A stretch of 64,000 bases of DNA, from assembly GCA_052327205.1 (NCBI GenBank), contig CM126210.1:9858001-9922000 (forward strand), read 5' to 3'. The translations under genes and the position numbers were made by a program. Source of the stretch: Somniosus microcephalus. Its lineage: Eukaryota. The notes beneath the pieces were generated by a model. That model did no database searches, had not been told where the DNA came from, and worked only from the letters and a program-made list of their open reading frames with translations. Below are positions 61,800 to 64,000 of the stretch, piece after piece. The stretch's first letter is position 1. Every line of letters begins with the position of its first letter.

Positions 61800-64000
61800 C
61801 CCTTGAACAGTGTTAATTGAGGTGGTGGCAGCTATAACAAAATCACCGGAGAATATTGTGCTCCTGGAGACCTAGTCTATCTTCAATGGGTGGAATAACA
61901 GCAACTTGTAGGAAGACTACGGAGAGTGGTTTCAAGTATAGTGCTCTCGTGAACCTTCCGTTATTACAACAAAGATGTCTGTCTGCCATGACACCAGGGA
62001 CACAAAGATAGCAACCTCCTGAGATTTTTAATTCCTTGTAAAAAGGACTGTCTCAGAAATACTGTAACACTGTCCAGAAGCAGTAACACTTTTACCAATA
62101 TTGATCAGAACAAAGAACTTACAAGTAACATTGTGTGCTTCGGCCTAGAAGACTTTTCATTCTGCAATGAACAGCAGCTCCTGCAATGTAGTGAGTACCT
62201 GCTGGTTGGCTGTTTCTCTTAACAAGTAAAGGCCAAAAGGGAGCATTCTGCATTGGCAGTAAAGACCCGAAAAATGGGACCTGTGATAACAAAGCTGAAT
62301 GGCAATGAGAGAGTAGGCATCTTTCAATCTGCTGGATACACTGCCTGAATGACTTGAGGCAGTGTTACAATCTTGAAATTTTCCTCCAAGGAGGAAATTA
62401 TTTAGTCCTTTTGAGATTCATGATAGGGTACTTTTTGTGATCCACTAAGTACTAAAAGTAGTATCTGGTCCTTTCCTGATGTGGAGACATCTGGTCAGTT
62501 ACGATGGATTAGAGAAGTTTAGTCAAAGATCCCTCAGATGATTTCACCAGACCATGCCACAAAGCTGCAGGAGATTGGCTCAAAAAAGCATAAGATAACC
62601 CTAGCTAATAGCATGCTAGACCAAAGCACTACTGTGATATCCTGCCAGTTAACCGCAACCAATTATTATAACTGACCTTCAGCAAAGGGGTGCAAGGGTA
62701 GTAGTCACCGGGCTATTGCCAGTCATGTCCAGAACGATGGAGAGGAATAGCTGAATCGTAGGATTCAACATCTGGCTTTGGGACCTTTGCAAAAAGAAAA
62801 AACTCCACTTCATCGATAATTGTGAGGTGTTCGCTGGACAAGGCAAGATTTTTAGGAGGAAGAGCCTCCATCTTAATTTCCTAGGAGCACAAAGGCTGGC
62901 AGAGGGTGTTGAGCATGCTTTCAGAAAGCATTTAAACTAGTTCAGCAAGGGGATAGTGCAGATATCAGAAGTGCCAGGCAATGACTATCTCCAACAAGCG
63001 AGTGTCTAACCACCTCCCCATGACATTCAACGGTATTACCATCACCGAATCCCCCACCATCAACATCCTGGGGGGTCACCATTGACCAGAAACTTAACTG
63101 GACCAGCCACATAAATACTGTGGTAACAAGAGCGGGTCAGAGGCTGGGTATTCAGGAAGTATCTCACCTCCTGACTCCCCAAAGCCTTTCCACCATCTAC
63201 AAGGCACAAGTAAGGTGTGTGATGGAATACTCTCCACTTGCCTGGATGAGTGCAGCTCCAACAACACTCAAGAAGCTCGACACCATCCAGGACAAAGCAG
63301 CCCCCTTGATTGGCACCCCATCCACCGCCTTAAACATTCACTCCCTCCACTACCGGCGTGCAGTGTGTACCATCTACAAGATGCACTGCAGCAACTTGCA
63401 AAGGCTTCTTCGGCAGCACCTCCCAAACCCGCAACCTCTTCCACCTAGAAGGACAAGGGCAGCAGGCGCATGGGAGCACCACCACCTCCAAGTTCCCCTC
63501 CAAGTCACACACCATCCTGACTTGGAAGTATATCACCGATCCTTCATCATCGCTGGATCAAAATCCTGGAACTCCCTACCTAACAGCACTGTGGGAGCAC
63601 CTTCACCACATGGACTGCAGCGGTTCAAGGCGGCGGCTCACCACCACCTTCTCAAGGGCAATTAGGGATGGGCAGGGCAATAAATGCTGGCCTTGCCCGT
63701 GACACCCACATCCCAAAACAAATTTTAAAAAATGTTCAAAGATAGCTTTACTGACCTTGGTAATTACATAGATTCTAAGCATACAGATAAACCAAGTATG
63801 AAGCATACAAGAATAAATAACTAAGAAATTAGATGAGAGACCTTTAAATTGTTTTTATGTAAATGCAAGGAGTGTTAGAAACAAATTGTTGGAACTGCAA
63901 TCCCGTGCGGTGTTGGAGAAATTAGACATATTGTATATTTCTGAGACGTGGCTAGATGAAATTATAGGACAGAAATTCACCTAAAGGGTTACAAGGGATT
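61800..64000 (+). mobile_element. Old CR1 5' region (ORF1 esterase and start of ORF2 APE), interrupted by another LINE
   Basis: 62760-62940 resembles the esterase C-terminus (N.WL..C..LHLN..G..LN*). 63844-64000 reads LNCFYVNARSVRNKLLEL..ISETWLDE. The left boundary is uncertain. Confidence 0.65.
62968..63730 (+). mobile_element. CR1-clade LINE 3' fragment (second lineage)
   Basis: IYKAQVRCVMEYSPLAW..LDTIQDKA..WNSLP; same family as 31785-32790. Confidence 0.88.

Overview
This is eukaryotic (vertebrate) DNA, almost certainly from a cartilaginous fish, judging by HE1/V-SINEs, Deu-domain SINEs and shark-type CR1 LINEs. The whole window lies inside the minus-strand host gene ASAP2 (ArfGAP with SH3, ankyrin repeat and PH domains 2). 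Three N-terminal BAR-domain coding exons are present, at 40047-40119, 7650-7795 and 5355-5429, equivalent to human exons 2-4. Exon 1 and exon 5 onward were not found and presumably lie outside the window. Most of the remainder is a deeply nested set of transposable elements: many CR1 LINE copies (some young), L2 relics, SINEs, a decayed two-gene PIF/Harbinger transposon with several related MITE families, a BED-finger hAT transposon, a pogo/Tigger-like MITE family, a Vingi-like LINE, Penelope-like pieces and LTR-like segments. The most notable observations are: (1) a 275-bp TSD-flanked Penelope/retrozyme-like insert carrying an intact minimal hammerhead ribozyme; (2) a ~536-bp near-identical inverted copy templated from 3.4 kb away; (3) a solo-LTR-like insert flanked by a perfect 116-bp duplication; (4) a young CR1 subfamily with a doubled 3' recognition module, present as an inverted pair; (5) inverted same-family CR1s bracketing exons 2-4, whose circularisation would give a stop-free frame. 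I saw no prokaryotic systems or CRISPR arrays, and no wholly new system that I can support. TE family names were assigned by eye, and boundaries of old elements are approximate.
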